This document shows, piece by piece, positions 32,719-35,629 of a stretch of 35,629 nt of DNA (position 1 is its first letter; each line of letters opens with the position of its first letter). The position numbers were made by a program, and so were the translations under genes. The DNA comes from Craspedostauros australis. Lineage: Eukaryota. The stretch covers positions 1 to 35,629 of the forward strand of contig JALAGF010006668.1 of the NCBI GenBank assembly GCA_030167865.1, written 5' to 3'. The notes beneath the pieces are model-generated. The model had not been told where the DNA came from. It made no database searches and was given only the letters and a program-made list of their open reading frames with translations.

Positions 32719-33518
32719 TGCACGAATTTGCGAACTGTATCGCACGAGTCCTCGTGCATGTGCTCATGTATGCACTCGTAGCTGCGAAGAGTGCTTTGTG
32801 GAGTAGTAAGCTCGAGCTATGCGATGGTGGTACAGATGATGCCTGCACTCAAAGGTCACGCTCTTGGGGGAGGTCTGCCAGAGGATGTGCCATCACTTGT
32901 TTTCTTTGGTGGGAGTCGCCCTGGCATCATCGGCATCATCATTGACGCGATACTCGCGGCATGGTATCAACCTGTCAATTCCACAGTCTCGTCCGTACAA
33001 ATGAGGACAGGCATGCACCGCACACATACCCAGTATCCACAAGACGAACCTACTACACATAGTCGTACGAGTGCACCTGTGCACAGTTAAGGTTCGGTTG
33101 TATGACGAGTACCTTCTCCAACTTTGCGCGTAGCCAAAGCCAGCAACGACACATAGGAGCGGAGAAGCCGCAACGAACCAGCAAGTGGATACTCGTGCTC
33201 CGTATCTCTCCATTGCCCGCAAGTTGCATCCAGGCACTGCAGCGACTCTTGTCCGTCGCAAGTCACAGCTTGCGTCGTCTGCTTGCGTGGCGCTTCGACA
33301 TGGGTACAACATGCCGCTTTGCAGGACAGGGTGCCGCGGTGGTCGGTGCTTCTTGTAATGTGTGGTATGTGCAGGCATTGCATTGCATGGCAATGTATTG
33401 CACTTGTGTTTGGTCCTATCGAAGTTGTATCTATTGGTACAATGAAATCTGCTGTTTCAGATATTACGCCGTCCTCTCGACGAATAGAATAGTTTCACCA
33501 ATGTGGTTGCCGTGCAGT

Positions 33519-34627
33519 CTATTTCTTGGCCTTGCAGTGACGGTAGTCGAATCCGCACATCGCGACAGATGCAACGTAGACGAGCAAGACGGAGAGCAGA
33601 CCGAGCATGGCGTAACACTTCACCTTGCGCCACCACATGGCCCTCCGAAGCGCGCGGCTTGATGATTCGAAGCGGAATGCCTGCTGGTTCAACCGATCCG
33701 TCTTGTCCACAAGCAACTCGATCTTCTCGCCTCTCTCCAACACCTTTTCGATATTCTGGACCATGACGCCCTTGACCTCGTCGATCTGGGTCTTCACAGC
33801 GCCGATATTGTCAATGCCGCGATCGGCCTCGTCGCTGTTGTAGTAATCCATGCGGTTCTGAATAACGGGGCTGAATTGCTCGTTCATTGAGAATGCGATG
33901 GCTGTTTGTGGAGTTTCATTGCCGTACTTGGCGATGAATTGAGCCTTCATGTCCTGGAGGAAGGCGAAGGGAATGCGGTGCTTGTTCTTCTCATCGGACA
34001 TGCAGAGGTAACAGATACCATTCTCAACAATGTAATGGAAGACGTACTCATCGTACACGTATGTCATCTGTCCATCATGGCTTGGAATTTTGTCGAGGAG
34101 CACCCTGGTCACAGTTGGGAAGTTCCCAGTGGCTGCCCATCCGACAGAAATGAAAAAGAACAGAAACGGCAACGCCGGCAGCAACGCAGAAGTATCAGAT
34201 CAGAAGGAGGCGTGAGGAGAAACGAAAGAAAAAAGAAGCGAAGAGAAACATGTCACAGTGAGATCCCGTAAGGACGAGGAACTCCAGAGTGGTACCGATA
34301 ATGTATTACAGGTGATGGCACCAACCTTCGCCTGTCTATTGCTCATGTCGACGATCACAACCATTTTGCTTTTTCTGCCGTGCTCTCTGCGAAAAAGGAC
34401 TTTCTCCGCTCCGCTCAGCTCCTGATTGGGTGTCTTCCCTGCGCAGCTGCACAAATCCTGTCTGCGCAAGCGGATCCTGTGAACTTCACCCCAGGTCGCA
34501 CACCCTCGAGACGCTTGGCGGCACAGCAAGTCGCCAACTGGCAGAATGCACATCTTCGCTCACCTGTGGCCGTCGTGTGCTCAGCAAGGACGGTCTTCTC
34601 GCGAGAGATAAGGGAATAGACGATCAT
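33519..34627 (-). CDS. VAMP7: VAMP7-type longin R-SNARE (~225 aa; exons 34627-34564, 34132-33519)
   Basis: MIVYSLISREKTVLAE..GNFPTVTRVLL, RIPFAFL, SNARE motif VKGVMVQNIEKVLERGEKIELLVDKT, and a C-terminal transmembrane segment. Confidence 0.93.
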
Positions 34628-34848
34628 GGTGCAGGATGTGTGGTGAAAGTGGATTGGTGTGATGTGATGTCGATGTCGATGGTGCCTCCTCCTTTCTGGG
34701 TTCTGTGATTTTATGAGCAGTGTCACGCTGTCCCGTGTCCGCCTTCGTGTTGTTTGTGCGTATCGCATGTTCCTCGTCGCCAAGAAAAGCAGTCGTACAA
34801 AACGGGTGTTGTCACCAAACGAACAGAACAGACGGGTTTGATACTGGT

Positions 34849-34884
34849 TTCGTTGTTCGTTGTTCGTTGTTCGTTGTTTGTTGT
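34849..34884. repeat. (TTCGTTG)n heptamer repeat upstream of VAMP7
   Basis: Four to five tandem units, directly visible. Confidence 0.75.
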
Positions 34885-35629
34885 TCCTTGAGTTTTGTTC
34901 GTGGTTTGTGTTGCCATTGTTCTTTTTGGTTCGTTCGAGTCGACAACGCTTCTGTCCAAATTGGGCAAAGGCATTCACGCTCACTCGCGATTGGAATAGA
35001 TACGCTTCTGGGCATCCTGGACGAACCGGAATCCAAGATCATGGAAGAGGACGCAGATGCAAGAGAGAGCTGATGGCCAAAGCGCAGCCCTTGCTGTGTG
35101 GTGTGGACAACATGTACATACAATACTGTCCATCAGGGTACACTTGGCTCCGCCAACATTCATCAGCATCCTTTTCGTGGTTGAATTTCCGCAATGTAAT
35201 GTTATGACATGAATTATCGTTTGATGCAGAGATGGGTTGTTTGGCAGTGTTGCTTCGGCTCTTGCTTTGCTTCCGCGTGGCTGCCGCCAGCAATCAATCG
35301 GCGATGGAAATGTTTCCGTGGCCAACCTCTATGTGCAATGCTACGCTTGGCACTATCTGGGGCATCCTCCATTTTCTGCTCCCCTTGTCGCAATTTCGGA
35401 CCAAACCGCTCCGACAAACAGCACCCACCCTTCATCATTCGGCTGTTGATGTCGGCCACTAGAGGCCAAATACATACTGGACGTGCATACGAGTGTCATC
35501 CGCATGCGCACACCGTGCCCACCGCCCCTCATGAACATCGACGCACCTCCGCGAAAACGAAAACAAAGGAAAAGGCTCTGATGAATGGATGGATGTCACC
35601 AGGAAGACCTGTCAGTGCGCTCGTGCATG

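Noticed and set aside
32760..33510. Several 60-186 aa ORFs between DCTD and VAMP7
   Set aside because: No motifs; consistent with UTR and promoter sequence.
34700..35629. Short ORFs at the right end
   Set aside because: Low-complexity or motif-free; probably the VAMP7 upstream region.

Overview
Gene-dense eukaryotic nuclear DNA with GT-AG introns and no operon structure. It is most likely from a diatom or related ochrophyte, because several proteins carry a signal peptide plus an ASAF-type bipartite plastid-targeting sequence. Sixteen protein-coding genes can be modelled, and every spliced model joins in frame: mRNA cap guanine-N7 methyltransferase, an ankyrin-like repeat protein, a CIR1-like splicing factor, a plastid TPR+SAP protein, an alpha/beta-hydrolase-like protein, a coiled-coil protein, plastid RecA, TRAPPC2L, a katanin/spastin-type AAA ATPase, mitochondrial HSP60, a HesB/IscA-like protein, class II PRPP synthase, a Lys-rich protein, Sec61 gamma, a tandem-domain dCMP deaminase and VAMP7. 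The clearest non-genic structure is a non-coding foldback/Mutator-like transposon at 1209-2945. It has perfect 61-bp terminal inverted repeats, a perfect 10-bp target-site duplication and mirror-image arrays of a 196-bp repeat. The most interesting proteins are a plastid-targeted double dCMP deaminase whose first domain lacks the catalytic Glu, an IscA-like protein without the cluster-binding cysteines, and a cap methyltransferase with a possible SPOC-like N-terminal domain. All family assignments come from motif recognition, not database searches.
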